DNA of 64,000 nt from a bacterium. GTDB taxonomy: Bacteria; Electryoneota; JAOADG01. The notes beneath the pieces are model-generated. The model saw nothing but the letters and a program-made list of their open reading frames with translations. It searched no databases and was not told the origin of the DNA. Both the position numbers and the translations under genes were made by a program. The number at the start of each line of letters is the position of its first letter. The first letter of the stretch is position 1. Shown here piece after piece: positions 9,645 to 19,649 of this stretch. Location: positions 2,016,001-2,080,000 of the forward strand of contig OY820579.1 in the NCBI GenBank assembly GCA_963681965.1. Reading direction: 5' to 3'.

Positions 9645-10020
9645 GGAGGAGGTTAGGCTTCAGCCTGACTTAATTTTTTTTTATATTTCTTTTTTTCTGA
9701 TAGCACTACCGATTTCCCTACAACGTTTTTTGTATCTTGCTCTTGGTGGCGCAGGCCTCCGAGCCTGCGATTTTCCTGTATTACTGCTGAACTCCGAGCC
9801 GGCGATATTTATCATTATCTGTCGTTGCGAGGAACGAAGCGTAGGAACGTGCGTAGCACTTCCGAAGCGAAGAGACGAAGCAACCTACTCTTTTTTTATC
9901 CTGTAGTAGGGGATGCCCTCCGCGGCCTCCCGTTCTTGTAATCTCTTTTTCGATCCCGTAAGTACGAACTTGTTCTGACACCTCACATTTCTTTTGTAGC
10001 CGTAGGCTTCAGCCTGCGTT
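9645..10020. repeat. Array of heterogeneous REP/RPE-like palindromes with T-rich spacers
   Basis: Units at about 9652, 9744, 9821, 9906 and 9996; two start with GTAG; several recur at 7764, 10550-10759 and 58954. Confidence 0.75.
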
Positions 10021-10149
10021 TCTTAATAAATATTTTCGATACTCAGTCCACCGCCAGTGTCAATAAATTCTTCACTCTCATGCCATTTTGCTTGAAAACA
10101 ATCTCCATCCGCATTATAATGAATATATACCTGTCCGACCGGAGCCGCC

Positions 10150-12951
10150 ATGACTTTCCGCTATCGAACTCTACACAAATACCCGCTCGCCTTCGCGACG
10201 ACTCTTATCTTCGTCCTCACGCTCCTGCTCCCGCAATTTTCATTCGCTGTATCAGTGCAATCGACGCGTCTTCCCCACCCTTTCCAATTCACTGAGAACA
10301 AAGGGCAGTGGGATTCCGCCGTCCTCTACAAATGCGAGGTGCGCCGCGACGGCTTCACTTGGTTCCTCGAACGCGATGGCGTCACCCTCGTCACCTCCAT
10401 CATCGATTCATCTTCTTTGGTAGGGGCGGTTCGCGAACCGCCCGTGTCCGTTAATGATGCACGATTCGATCCCAATGGTTGTATCCAATATCCCCGTTTA
10501 AAATCCCACGCCCTCAATTTTAAATTTATCACTTCTGGTGTCTTGATTGGTCGTTGCGAGGAACGCAGCGAAGGGTCGTCCGCCGCAGGCGGAAAGCCGC
10601 AGCGAAGTGACGAAGCAACCTCCTCTTTTAAAGATTCAATGATACAGGAGGAGATTACCTTCGGTGAGCCCTTCGGGATTGCTTCGCACGTTCCTACGTT
10701 TCATTCCTCGCAACGACAAATCAAGATACCAGACGCAGGCTCGGAGGCCTGCGCCACCACAGCCAAAGCGAAATGGATTGATGCACAAGGTGAACGATCG
10801 TGGCATAACAATTATTTCCTCGGAAATGATTCCTCGAAATGGGCACCGGATTGCCGCAATTTTACACGCGTGGTGTATCACGATGTCTGGGTAGGGATCG
10901 ATATTGAATGGTATGAGAGCAAGGGTCATCTCGAATTCGATTTCGTAGTACATCCCGGTGCCGACCCCAAGCAAATCAAGATGGTATGCGAAGGGTTGGA
11001 GGCGCTAATCGCAGGCGGAGGACGGACACTCTTGTCCGTCGACTCAATTAATTCTATCAAAAATAGGAGTCGGACAGGAGTGTCAGACCTCCTCTTGTCG
11101 AATGAACTGTCACTCATGACTTCCCTCGGCGAACTCCGAATGAAAATTCCGGGTGCCTACCAAACCACTGCAAATGGCACTCGTGGAAACGATGTCACGG
11201 CACAATTCAAACTCGTGTCAGAAAACCTCTTCGCAATCGATATGCCAAATGGGTACGATGCATCGCAAACACTCCGAATCGATCCGCTGGTGTATAGTAC
11301 GTATTTGGGGGGTGGTGGAAACGATTACGGCGATGGCATCGTCGATGACGGAAGTGGGGGAGTCATCATTTGTGGTTGCACAAACAGTTACGATTTTCCA
11401 GTCACAGCTGGAGCTATCGATGTTAGCTACAATGGTGCATCGGTCGGTATCGGCGACTGTTTTATTACAAGAGTGGATAGTACTTTTTCACAACTGATTT
11501 ATAGTACTTTTCTCGGTGGACCGGATGACGATCGCGCAGAAAGTATTGTCAGTGATTCTTTGGGCAATAGTACAATCACCGGATATTCCGGCTCGCAATT
11601 CCCAACTACTGCTGGTGCTTTCGATCGATCGTATAATGGTGAAGATTGCGATTGTTTCGTCGCCCGTTTAAGCAATACTGGTGCGAGACTCATATATAGC
11701 ACTTATGTCGGCGGTAGCGGCTACGATGTAGGGCATAGTATTCTAAATGGCGATAGTGGAAGTGTGTTTATCGGAGGTGCTACTAATAGTCCGAATTTTC
11801 CGACCACACCGGGAGTATTCGATTCGGCAGAAATTGGTGGTGTATTAATACATCTCAACGACTCGGGCTCTGGTTTATTGTATAGCACAATTATAAGTCC
11901 TTTGACAAATAGTTTTTCGATTACACCTGATGGATCGGGTGGAATTATCTCAACTGGATATTGTCATTCAGGACTCCCAACAACCCCCAATGCGTTCGAT
12001 ACGACTTATAATGGCGGTGAAACCGATGTATTTGTTCTACGCTTGAATTCGACCGGCTCGCAGTTGCTGTACAGTACTTATCTCGGTGGTTCCGGCGACC
12101 AAGAATGGGTTAGTGCAATAAAGAGTGATGGACATGCTAACTGTATTGTAACTGGTTCTACTACCAGTCCCAATTTTCCTATTACAGTCGGTGCGTTTGA
12201 TACAGTCTATAACGGGGGATCAGCTACATCTGGAGATGCTTTCATTACTTATTTAGATAGTACCGGATCAAATTTGTTATATAGTACTTTTTTCGGTGGG
12301 TCAAGTTCTGATGCTGGTAGGGGTATAGTGTATTATAACGATACTAGTGTAGCGGTTGTGGGAGGCACTTCTAGTACAAATTTTCCTACAACAACAGGAA
12401 CATACCCAGCTAGCGGAGGACTTGATTGCTTTATTTCGCTTTTTAAGATCAATACCAACCAGTTAATTTTTAGTACTTTTTATGGCGGAACAGGCAGCGA
12501 GGTCGCATATGCATGTATTAAACACCATTCTGATGGAATCATTATTACTGGTATTTGTGGATCGGGTTTTCCCACGACACCGGAGGTTGGAGATACCAGT
12601 TACAACGGTGGTTCAGATGGCTTCATCGCGCGTTTGACACTTGTTCCCGACTCGTCAGCCAGTACACCGGAACGATTTATACAACCATCCGATTTCGCTT
12701 TGGCGCAGAATTACCCCAATCCCTTCAACGCTACTACTACCCTCTCCTATTCTCTTCCGACCACATCTCACGTCGATCTTCGTCTCTACGACATCACTGG
12801 TCGCCATGTATCGACGCTGGTGCAGCGCGAGCAGCGTGCCGGAACCTATCGTGTGCTGCTCGATGGTTCGCGATTATCGAGTGGAACCTACTTTGTGCGA
12901 TTGCAGGCGGGTATGTTTTCGAAGACACAGAAAATTGTGCTACTAAAATAA
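10150..12951 (+). CDS. Secreted SBBP (beta-propeller) repeat protein with T9SS type-A-like C-terminal domain; carries in-frame palindrome insertions
   Basis: Signal peptide; FTENKGQWD, NYFLGND..KW, IDPLVYSTYLGG, repeated YST(F/Y)LGG..D and FPTT.GAFD; C-terminal QNYPNPFN...GTYFVRL..KIVLLK. Confidence 0.88.
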   Translation: MTFRYRTLHKYPLAFATTLIFVLTLLLPQFSFAVSVQSTRLPHPFQFTENKGQWDSAVLYKCEVRRDGFTWFLERDGVTLVTSIIDSSSLVGAVREPPVSVNDARFDPNGCIQYPRLKSHALNFKFITSGVLIGRCEERSEGSSAAGGKPQRSDEATSSFKDSMIQEEITFGEPFGIASHVPTFHSSQRQIKIPDAGSEACATTAKAKWIDAQGERSWHNNYFLGNDSSKWAPDCRNFTRVVYHDVWVGIDIEWYESKGHLEFDFVVHPGADPKQIKMVCEGLEALIAGGGRTLLSVDSINSIKNRSRTGVSDLLLSNELSLMTSLGELRMKIPGAYQTTANGTRGNDVTAQFKLVSENLFAIDMPNGYDASQTLRIDPLVYSTYLGGGGNDYGDGIVDDGSGGVIICGCTNSYDFPVTAGAIDVSYNGASVGIGDCFITRVDSTFSQLIYSTFLGGPDDDRAESIVSDSLGNSTITGYSGSQFPTTAGAFDRSYNGEDCDCFVARLSNTGARLIYSTYVGGSGYDVGHSILNGDSGSVFIGGATNSPNFPTTPGVFDSAEIGGVLIHLNDSGSGLLYSTIISPLTNSFSITPDGSGGIISTGYCHSGLPTTPNAFDTTYNGGETDVFVLRLNSTGSQLLYSTYLGGSGDQEWVSAIKSDGHANCIVTGSTTSPNFPITVGAFDTVYNGGSATSGDAFITYLDSTGSNLLYSTFFGGSSSDAGRGIVYYNDTSVAVVGGTSSTNFPTTTGTYPASGGLDCFISLFKINTNQLIFSTFYGGTGSEVAYACIKHHSDGIIITGICGSGFPTTPEVGDTSYNGGSDGFIARLTLVPDSSASTPERFIQPSDFALAQNYPNPFNATTTLSYSLPTTSHVDLRLYDITGRHVSTLVQREQRAGTYRVLLDGSRLSSGTYFVRLQAGMFSKTQKIVLLK
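10419..11092. repeat. Intragenic REP/RPE-like palindromic elements (several families)
   Basis: 10419-10450 is identical to intergenic 58999-59030; 10734-10759 is the exact reverse complement of 9744-9769; 10675-10718 is a near reverse complement of 9820-9863; inverted pair at 11017-11038/11071-11092. Confidence 0.85.
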
Positions 12952-12957
12952 TGAACG

Positions 12958-12984
12958 AAAAAAGGCGGCACTGCTGCCGCCTTT
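12958..12984. terminator. Bidirectional terminator between convergent genes
   Basis: AAAAAAGGCGGCA-CTGC-TGCCGCCTTT. Confidence 0.75.
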
Positions 12985-13007
12985 CATCCTCAATCTGAAG
13001 CTTCGAA

Positions 13008-14015
13008 TTACATGCTGGACGCAATGATGCAGGTCTTGACGATTTCCATCGCCGTCGCGCCGCGCGATAAGTCGAATGCCGGCTTCGTCAAACCTTGCGA
13101 CACCGGACCGACTGCTTCCGCACCGGCGAGTTTATTCACCAGCTTGTAACCGATATTGCCGGAATTCAAATCCGGGAACACCAACACATTCGCCTTGCCA
13201 GCCACTGGGCTGCCCGGTGCCTTGCTCGCGCCGACTTTCGGAACGATTGCCGCATCGAGTTGCAATTCGCCGTCGATCGCAAGATTCGGTGACATTTCTT
13301 TGGCAATTGCGACTGCTTTACGTACCGCGTCGATTGCCGGACCTTCCGCACTACCCTTGGTGGAATAGGCGAGGAATGCGACGATCGGGGTTTCGCCGGT
13401 CAATTTGAAATGCGTGTCGGCTGCGGCGACGCCGATCGATGCCAACTCTTCCGGCGACGGTGTCGGAACATACGCCGGATCGCTGAATGTGAACAATTTT
13501 CCATCCGGCATGACCATCAAGAAACTGCTGGAAAGCACCTTCATGCCCGGCGCCAAACCGATCAACTGCAGTGCAGCACGAACGGTATCTGCGGTCGGAT
13601 GCGCGCATCCAGCCACACTGCCGTGCGCTTCGCCGCGACGGACCAGCATCGAACCGTAGAAGATGCAGTGTTGCAACTGCTTGTCGATCTCTTCGCGCGT
13701 CGGGTCTGCGACATTCTTCCCTTTTTTACGCGACCGCTCGGCGGCGTCCTTGCGCAGATTCCAGTATTCGTCGACATACTCGTTCCACTTCGGATCGGTA
13801 TGAAAATCGCGAAACTGGGCGCCGGTCAGATCGAAATTGAATTCCTTCGCTTTCGCTTTAATCGTTTCGGTATCGCCGATCAATAGCGGAATACAGAATT
13901 TTTCTTTGAGCAGAATCGCGGCAGCTTCGATCACGCGCGGATCGGTGCCTTCGGGCAATGCGATGATCGCTTGTTTCTTACGGGCTTCTTCATTCATTCG
14001 GATAAAGGGATCCAT
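13008..14015 (-). CDS. pta: Phosphate acetyltransferase (short form)
   Basis: LPEGTDPRV, AYSTKGS, DGELQLDAA, FPDLNSGNIGYK, DLSRG. Confidence 0.93.
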   Translation of the reverse strand: MDPFIRMNEEARKKQAIIALPEGTDPRVIEAAAILLKEKFCIPLLIGDTETIKAKAKEFNFDLTGAQFRDFHTDPKWNEYVDEYWNLRKDAAERSRKKGKNVADPTREEIDKQLQHCIFYGSMLVRRGEAHGSVAGCAHPTADTVRAALQLIGLAPGMKVLSSSFLMVMPDGKLFTFSDPAYVPTPSPEELASIGVAAADTHFKLTGETPIVAFLAYSTKGSAEGPAIDAVRKAVAIAKEMSPNLAIDGELQLDAAIVPKVGASKAPGSPVAGKANVLVFPDLNSGNIGYKLVNKLAGAEAVGPVSQGLTKPAFDLSRGATAMEIVKTCIIASSM

Positions 14016-14170
14016 GCAACTTCTCCACAGGTAGGGTTGGGGATGACGCGGCGTCGAATCGGTTCGTCGTCAATAATTAATCGAAATTGGTTGTCCGTTC
14101 GTGCGGGATCGACCGGGGGGATGAATTCCGTACCGAACGACAGTGCCTAAAAATAGCAATTAGGAAACCG

Positions 14171-15025
14171 TTAGGCAATTTCCTGCTGTTTTTGCCGTTC
14201 CAGTTCCATTTTATCAAGAAATTCGTCGAGCCAGAATGCTACACCTTCATCCTTCGCCGAGGCACAGCGATGCGTTGCGATGGCGAGCGCTTCGTCGCAG
14301 GAATCTTCCACGGCAACCGAGAATTCCGTTTTTTCCATCATCGACAGATCGTTGATCGCATCGCCAAATGCGATCCCGGATCGCCAACTCCAGCCGAACC
14401 TCTGCAAAATCGCTTCGATCCCAACTTCTTTGGTAATTCCACGCGGCATGACTTCGACGAAATCGATTTCCATATCGGGATAGAGTGTCGGTCGGATGAT
14501 TTCCTGATCGGCGCAAAATTCATACAATTTTTTTTCAGTACGTGTGATTGATTCCACCGACCCGATTGCCAGAAATTTATTCGCGCCACTCCGAATTGCA
14601 TAACCCATTTGCCCCACGGATGCGGGGGGGTGAAGCGGCCACCGTTTCATGTGTTTATCGGTAAAATCGGTATAAGCATCGTAATGAAATTGATCGTTGC
14701 ATTCCATCAAAATTGATCCCGGATCGCCCAACCGGAACGCATCGAGCACCCGTGCCGCCACCGACGCATCCATCCGGTGATCGCACAATCGCTCGCCATC
14801 CGGTGCTTCGGCATATCCGCCATTGTAAGAGACAAATGCGATTTCGCGGTCGATTAATTGAATCAGCGGACGCATCGAGCGCGGTGGTCGACCGGATGCG
14901 AGAATTAATTTGTAACCGGTGTCGGCGGCACGCCGTAATGTCTGAATCGTGTGGTCGTGAAGAATCCGATCAGGTCCAATGATGGTGCGGTCGAGATCGA
15001 ATGCGAGCCAGCGAATATTCTGCAC
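14171..15025 (-). CDS. Cof-type HAD-IIB family hydrolase
   Basis: FDLDRT, ASGR, NGG, K..G, AFGDAINDLSM. Confidence 0.9.
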   Translation of the reverse strand: MQNIRWLAFDLDRTIIGPDRILHDHTIQTLRRAADTGYKLILASGRPPRSMRPLIQLIDREIAFVSYNGGYAEAPDGERLCDHRMDASVAARVLDAFRLGDPGSILMECNDQFHYDAYTDFTDKHMKRWPLHPPASVGQMGYAIRSGANKFLAIGSVESITRTEKKLYEFCADQEIIRPTLYPDMEIDFVEVMPRGITKEVGIEAILQRFGWSWRSGIAFGDAINDLSMMEKTEFSVAVEDSCDEALAIATHRCASAKDEGVAFWLDEFLDKMELERQKQQEIA

Positions 15026-15042
15026 TAGAGTTCCTTTGAAAC

Positions 15043-15070
15043 GAAAGGGGCGTATCGAGAATACGCCCCT
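15043..15070 (-). terminator. Probable terminator after S8 peptidase gene
   Basis: AGGGGCGTAT-CGAGA-ATACGCCCCT hairpin with a T-rich tail on the minus strand. Confidence 0.55.
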
Positions 15071-15094
15071 CTGGTTGAAAAATTCAGGACGATG

Positions 15095-17806
15095 CTACTT
15101 GATAAACATTGCCTTCTTGGTAATGGTCTGGTTTCCTGCCGTCATCCGGATCAAGTAAAGACCACTGGAGACGTTCTCAGGATGCCATTTCAGACTGTAG
15201 CTTCCCGCAATTCGCTTACCGTCGACCAATGTCGTTACCGATCTTCCCAACGCATCGTACACCGTTACGTTCACATTTCCAGTGACTGGAACCGAGAACG
15301 AAATCGACATGCTGGGATTGAACGGATTTGGATATGGCGCACTGAGTGAATAACCCGTCGGCACCGCAGTGGTCGGAGTTTCGCGTACCGAGACCCAATT
15401 GAACGAGTCAAGAACTCGCTGAATGAACGTGTGCCGTGCGGCATAGGTTCCGGCTTTGTGGATCGCTTCGAGCGGGAAACCGCAATACACGAATAACGGA
15501 TTTTGTGCATTCGGGTAATACACAGTCGAAGATGTCAACGCCGTAGCATACTGCCAACCACTGGTCGATCCGTTCGCTGGCGTTAAAACACTGCTGCTAT
15601 CGGCATTACCGGCACCGGAGGAACCGAATAACAATAAATTCAATCCCTGAGCCAATGGGTCGTTGGTTACTGCACGAACGCGACCATCGGTCACCACACC
15701 GCCGTTGCTGGCGTGCATCGTATTTTGGTGGAAAGTCGTATTACCGATCGTTCTTCCCGCATATTTACTGGAGAAAAGCAATGCCCGGTTGTTTGTTTGC
15801 ATCCAGGTGATCAGGTTTTGTCGATCGGTTGTGAGTAGATCGCTTGAGCGATCGCCGGTCCACCAGATAAAGGTGCGATAACGATTGATATCGTTGATCG
15901 TAGGTACGCCGCGGGTATTGATATCCCACCGGTCCCACGGTTGATTGATCGAATCAAGCGAAGCGGTATAATATTGCTCGTAATTCACACCGCCATCGTC
16001 GTCAATCAATAAAGTATATCCGTAACCGATCATGAAATTCTTCGAGAATTCCTTCTGATACCGGATATTGTTATTGTTCTCGCCACAGGCAAGTACGCGA
16101 ACTGTGACGATATGCGGGCGTACCCATGAGGGAACGAAGAATTTCATGCGATTGGTACCGACTTCAAGACCCGATTGACGATCGCCAATACGGATCGAAT
16201 CGACTACTGGAACAATGCTCGGATCGTTGATCACCAATTTGAAATAAGCATTAATACCACCGGCATTTTCCGGCGGCGAAAATACTGAGAATACGACTGC
16301 TGCGGTATCGCCCGGTTCAATACGACCGTCCCAGTTGCCATTGATCGTATCGCGCAAAGTAAAGTTTACGATCGTGTCGATTGGGAATTGACTCGCAACT
16401 GCTCGGAATAGGTTAATTCGTCCAGAGCCGAGTCGACCGGCGAAGCTTGGATTTAACGAATCGATTTCGTCGACAGATTCAAGCAGGACATTTTTTACAT
16501 CGAGTCGATCGGCATCGGGCATTACGCTCCAGATCAGTGCTGCACAACCTGCTGCGACCGGAGAAGCCATCGAAGTACCATCGGCGACATCGTAACCATG
16601 CGATGTTCCAGTAAAGACGGTTGAGAGAATTGCAACACCGGGAGCGGAAATCGCTACCCAAGTGCCCCAGTTAGAAAAATCGGCTTTGCTGTCGTGTTGA
16701 TCGGATGCCGCTACGCAAATCGCGTTCGTGAGCGATCCCGGATAGCGACGAGCATTCAAACTGTCGTTACCGGCAGCACCGAAGACAAGAATACCGGCAT
16801 TCCAGCATTCAGTTAAGACATTTTGCTCGTTATTATATGGTTGCGAACCACCCCAACTATTGTTAATAATGCGAGCACCCATTACCCGGGAATAGCTCCA
16901 AGCGTCGATACCCAAAGCGCCATTAACCGAGCGGGGGTCGGTATCGCTGCCGATACGGCAAATCAACAGTTTGGAAACTAATGCCGGAGCCGCAACACCA
17001 ATCAGGTTGTTCGATGCAGCCGAAGCGCAACCGGCGACGTGAGTGCCGTGACCGCCTTCTTGAGCCCAATTAAAGGGATCGTTGACGTTGTTGTTGCGAT
17101 TCGTGAAGTTCCAACCCCAAAAGTCGTCACGATAAGTATTACCACCGTTGTCCACATTGTTCGAGTCGGCGGCGGTAATCTGCCCGTCGTGATTGATGTC
17201 TTCGTCGGGATTGAGCCAGAGATTCGGGGCTAGATCCGGGTGAAGTCTGTCCACACCACTATCGACGATCGAAATGATGATGGTTGAATCGCCACGTGCA
17301 TAATCCCATGCTTGTGGTGCTTTCATCTTGGTCAAATGCCACTGGTTGAGATAGCGAATATCGTTAGGCGTCCAGTAGAGTTTCCGCGAGTAATTCGGGT
17401 CGACTACTTTTACGCAGCGAAGTTGCTTCATCTCTGCTAGGAAGTCAGCTACCGAATTTTCTGTCGGATACTGTAACCAATAGATCCAGCGAAGGTCGAT
17501 GTGACCCGGCTTGGGTGCTTTTTCCAAGCTCGTTAAATTGCGAACGAAATAAACACTGTACTTGGATAAAATGTTATCCAATTCCGGTTCGCCGAATGAT
17601 ACAGTCTTTCCATCGGGATGGTAAACATCGGCTAAAGCGTGATCGAATTGGATGATCGCCTGTCCGAGATATTCTTCGCTATTGGGGGCTTGAATATCGT
17701 AAGGTCGATCTCCCTGTTCGGGACCCCACTGAGGAGGCAAAGCAAATGCGATACCGCATGTTAACCCGCCCAAGATGAATAATACAATTGCTATACACCG
17801 AACCAT
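15095..17806 (-). CDS. Secreted subtilisin-like S8 serine peptidase with T9SS-type C-terminal domain
   Basis: Signal peptide; IVDSG, GHGTHVAG, AAGN, GTSMASP; C-terminal PYPNPFNP...SSGLYLIRM. Confidence 0.93.
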   Translation of the reverse strand: MVRCIAIVLFILGGLTCGIAFALPPQWGPEQGDRPYDIQAPNSEEYLGQAIIQFDHALADVYHPDGKTVSFGEPELDNILSKYSVYFVRNLTSLEKAPKPGHIDLRWIYWLQYPTENSVADFLAEMKQLRCVKVVDPNYSRKLYWTPNDIRYLNQWHLTKMKAPQAWDYARGDSTIIISIVDSGVDRLHPDLAPNLWLNPDEDINHDGQITAADSNNVDNGGNTYRDDFWGWNFTNRNNNVNDPFNWAQEGGHGTHVAGCASAASNNLIGVAAPALVSKLLICRIGSDTDPRSVNGALGIDAWSYSRVMGARIINNSWGGSQPYNNEQNVLTECWNAGILVFGAAGNDSLNARRYPGSLTNAICVAASDQHDSKADFSNWGTWVAISAPGVAILSTVFTGTSHGYDVADGTSMASPVAAGCAALIWSVMPDADRLDVKNVLLESVDEIDSLNPSFAGRLGSGRINLFRAVASQFPIDTIVNFTLRDTINGNWDGRIEPGDTAAVVFSVFSPPENAGGINAYFKLVINDPSIVPVVDSIRIGDRQSGLEVGTNRMKFFVPSWVRPHIVTVRVLACGENNNNIRYQKEFSKNFMIGYGYTLLIDDDGGVNYEQYYTASLDSINQPWDRWDINTRGVPTINDINRYRTFIWWTGDRSSDLLTTDRQNLITWMQTNNRALLFSSKYAGRTIGNTTFHQNTMHASNGGVVTDGRVRAVTNDPLAQGLNLLLFGSSGAGNADSSSVLTPANGSTSGWQYATALTSSTVYYPNAQNPLFVYCGFPLEAIHKAGTYAARHTFIQRVLDSFNWVSVRETPTTAVPTGYSLSAPYPNPFNPSMSISFSVPVTGNVNVTVYDALGRSVTTLVDGKRIAGSYSLKWHPENVSSGLYLIRMTAGNQTITKKAMFIK

Positions 17807-18215
17807 AAAGATCTCCTAAATTCGATATTCCGGAATACATGCGACCCGCATCGATACGGATCGAGAATCGATGTGTCTAGATTTGTGAATATAACGCAAT
17901 TTAGATCGATAATACAGAGCCTGCAAAGAGCAGTACTGCTGGTAAAAATGGCGAACGTGACGGGCAAGACCCTCCGTAGAGGATGACGATTATTATTTAA
18001 TAGCTATGTTATTACATTTTAACAATATAAGTAGTAGACGAGATGAGCTGATATAAAAAATCGAAGTAAAATTGGGTTTTATAGAATTCGGTTCTCGGAT
18101 TTGTAACAAGATTGTTCTGTACTATTCGCAGTTCAGTGAATCATTATTAATGATCTGAAAATACAGAAGTTTAAATATTCTATTGATTGTTAAATTGTAG
18201 CGTTATTTGAGGGTA

Positions 18216-19616
18216 TTACGCAGAAATTTCTTCTTTTTTGCTTCGTAAGAAAAAGTAGGGTCCCACACCAGAGATAAGACCGAGAAGCGCAGCACCAATC
18301 ATTGACCAATGCATACCATAGAGAAAACCTTCCGCCGTAGTTGGTGATTCGGAGAATTGGCGCATCAGTTGAACAATCGCCGCCGCGAGAGCGATCCCAG
18401 TGACCATACCCACATTGCGAATGAGTGACATGACGCTACTTGCCATAAATAAAAATTGTTTTGGAACCGAACCCAAGAGGCTTTTATTGTTGGCTGGAAC
18501 GAAGATTGCCCCGCCGATACCGGTCAAGGCGATGGCTGTGATTAAATAAAATTGGGACGATTCGACTTGTATACAGGCAAACATGACTAGCCCGACAACC
18601 TGAACCAGAGGTCCAACCAGCAAAAGTGTTCTACTACCAAGTCGGTCAGCGGCACGACCGGCAAACGGTGCAACCATCGCTAACGCTAGCGGCCAAACCG
18701 ACATGTAAAAACCCATTGTCTTCATATCGAATTTCTTCACTTCGGCGAAGAAAAACGGTAGTGTTAACAAGGCTTGGATACTGGCGGAAGTGTTGATGAT
18801 GCCGAATAAAGAATTGGAGCTGAAGAGCCGATTGCGAAACAATGACATCGGCAACATCGGGTTAGCTATTTTTAATTCGTGCAGAATGAAGATCGTGAAC
18901 ATCGTGACGGTTCCGATCAACCCCAACGTAAAGAGTGTTTTCCCTTCGGTAGCTGATTCCGAAAGAGTCAAAAGAAATAGCAGTAATCCGATTCCACTAT
19001 AAATCGCGCCGGAATAATCGAATGAGGGTTTCGAGCTGTTACTACGGTCGGGATCTTTCGCAAGCCAACTGTAAGAGAGCGACAGCGCGGTGATACCGAT
19101 CGGAAGGTTGATCCAAAAGATTGCCGACCATCCGAAAGTATGGGCAATCGTTCCACCAAAGATTGGACCCGTCAACGATCCTGCGGCAACCACCGATCCG
19201 ATCATGCCTAATGCCATTCCGCGTTTCGATTCGGGAAATGCGTGAGCGACGAATCCGGTTCCCAATGCCGATGTTAGTGCAGCGCCTATGCCTTGCAACG
19301 CACGCGAAACAATCAGTAGTGGTAACGAGCGCGAAGTCGCACACAGTGCCGAAGCGACTGTAAAGATGAAGATCCCGAGTTGGTACAATCTTCGTTCGCC
19401 GATCCGGGATGCGAGCGAACCGGCTGGAAGCAAGAGAATCGAAATGAATAACAAATAAATCGTCGATACCCAACCGACACTGGTCATTGTTGCGCCATAT
19501 TGGTTAGCGATCGCAGGCAAAACCAAATTCACGGCGGAACCGTCGATGGTCGCCATGAAAATGTTTAAACCAATAACCGAAAAAATTAACCAGGGGTTGT
19601 GAGTACGCGGTGTCAA
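18216..19616 (-). CDS. MFS efflux transporter, DHA2/EmrB-QacA type
   Basis: FMATIDGSAVNL, GPIFGG...GWSAIFWINLPIG; about 14 hydrophobic segments. Confidence 0.92.
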   Translation of the reverse strand: MTPRTHNPWLIFSVIGLNIFMATIDGSAVNLVLPAIANQYGATMTSVGWVSTIYLLFISILLLPAGSLASRIGERRLYQLGIFIFTVASALCATSRSLPLLIVSRALQGIGAALTSALGTGFVAHAFPESKRGMALGMIGSVVAAGSLTGPIFGGTIAHTFGWSAIFWINLPIGITALSLSYSWLAKDPDRSNSSKPSFDYSGAIYSGIGLLLFLLTLSESATEGKTLFTLGLIGTVTMFTIFILHELKIANPMLPMSLFRNRLFSSNSLFGIINTSASIQALLTLPFFFAEVKKFDMKTMGFYMSVWPLALAMVAPFAGRAADRLGSRTLLLVGPLVQVVGLVMFACIQVESSQFYLITAIALTGIGGAIFVPANNKSLLGSVPKQFLFMASSVMSLIRNVGMVTGIALAAAIVQLMRQFSESPTTAEGFLYGMHWSMIGAALLGLISGVGPYFFLRSKKEEISA

Positions 19617-19649
19617 GATTGAAGATTACTTTCTACTAGTCAAATTGGA

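Noticed and set aside
9496-9906. 136-aa ORF (also 7760-8002 and 9781-9981)
   Set aside because: Translations of REP-like units and T tracts; no SD or protein-like character
9645-10020. CRISPR array
   Set aside because: Units differ from each other, spacers are low-complexity T tracts, and there are no cas genes
17955-17995. c-di-GMP-I riboswitch-like GGGCAA...GACG
   Set aside because: Lacks the GCAAA/P3 part and faces no downstream gene on the + strand
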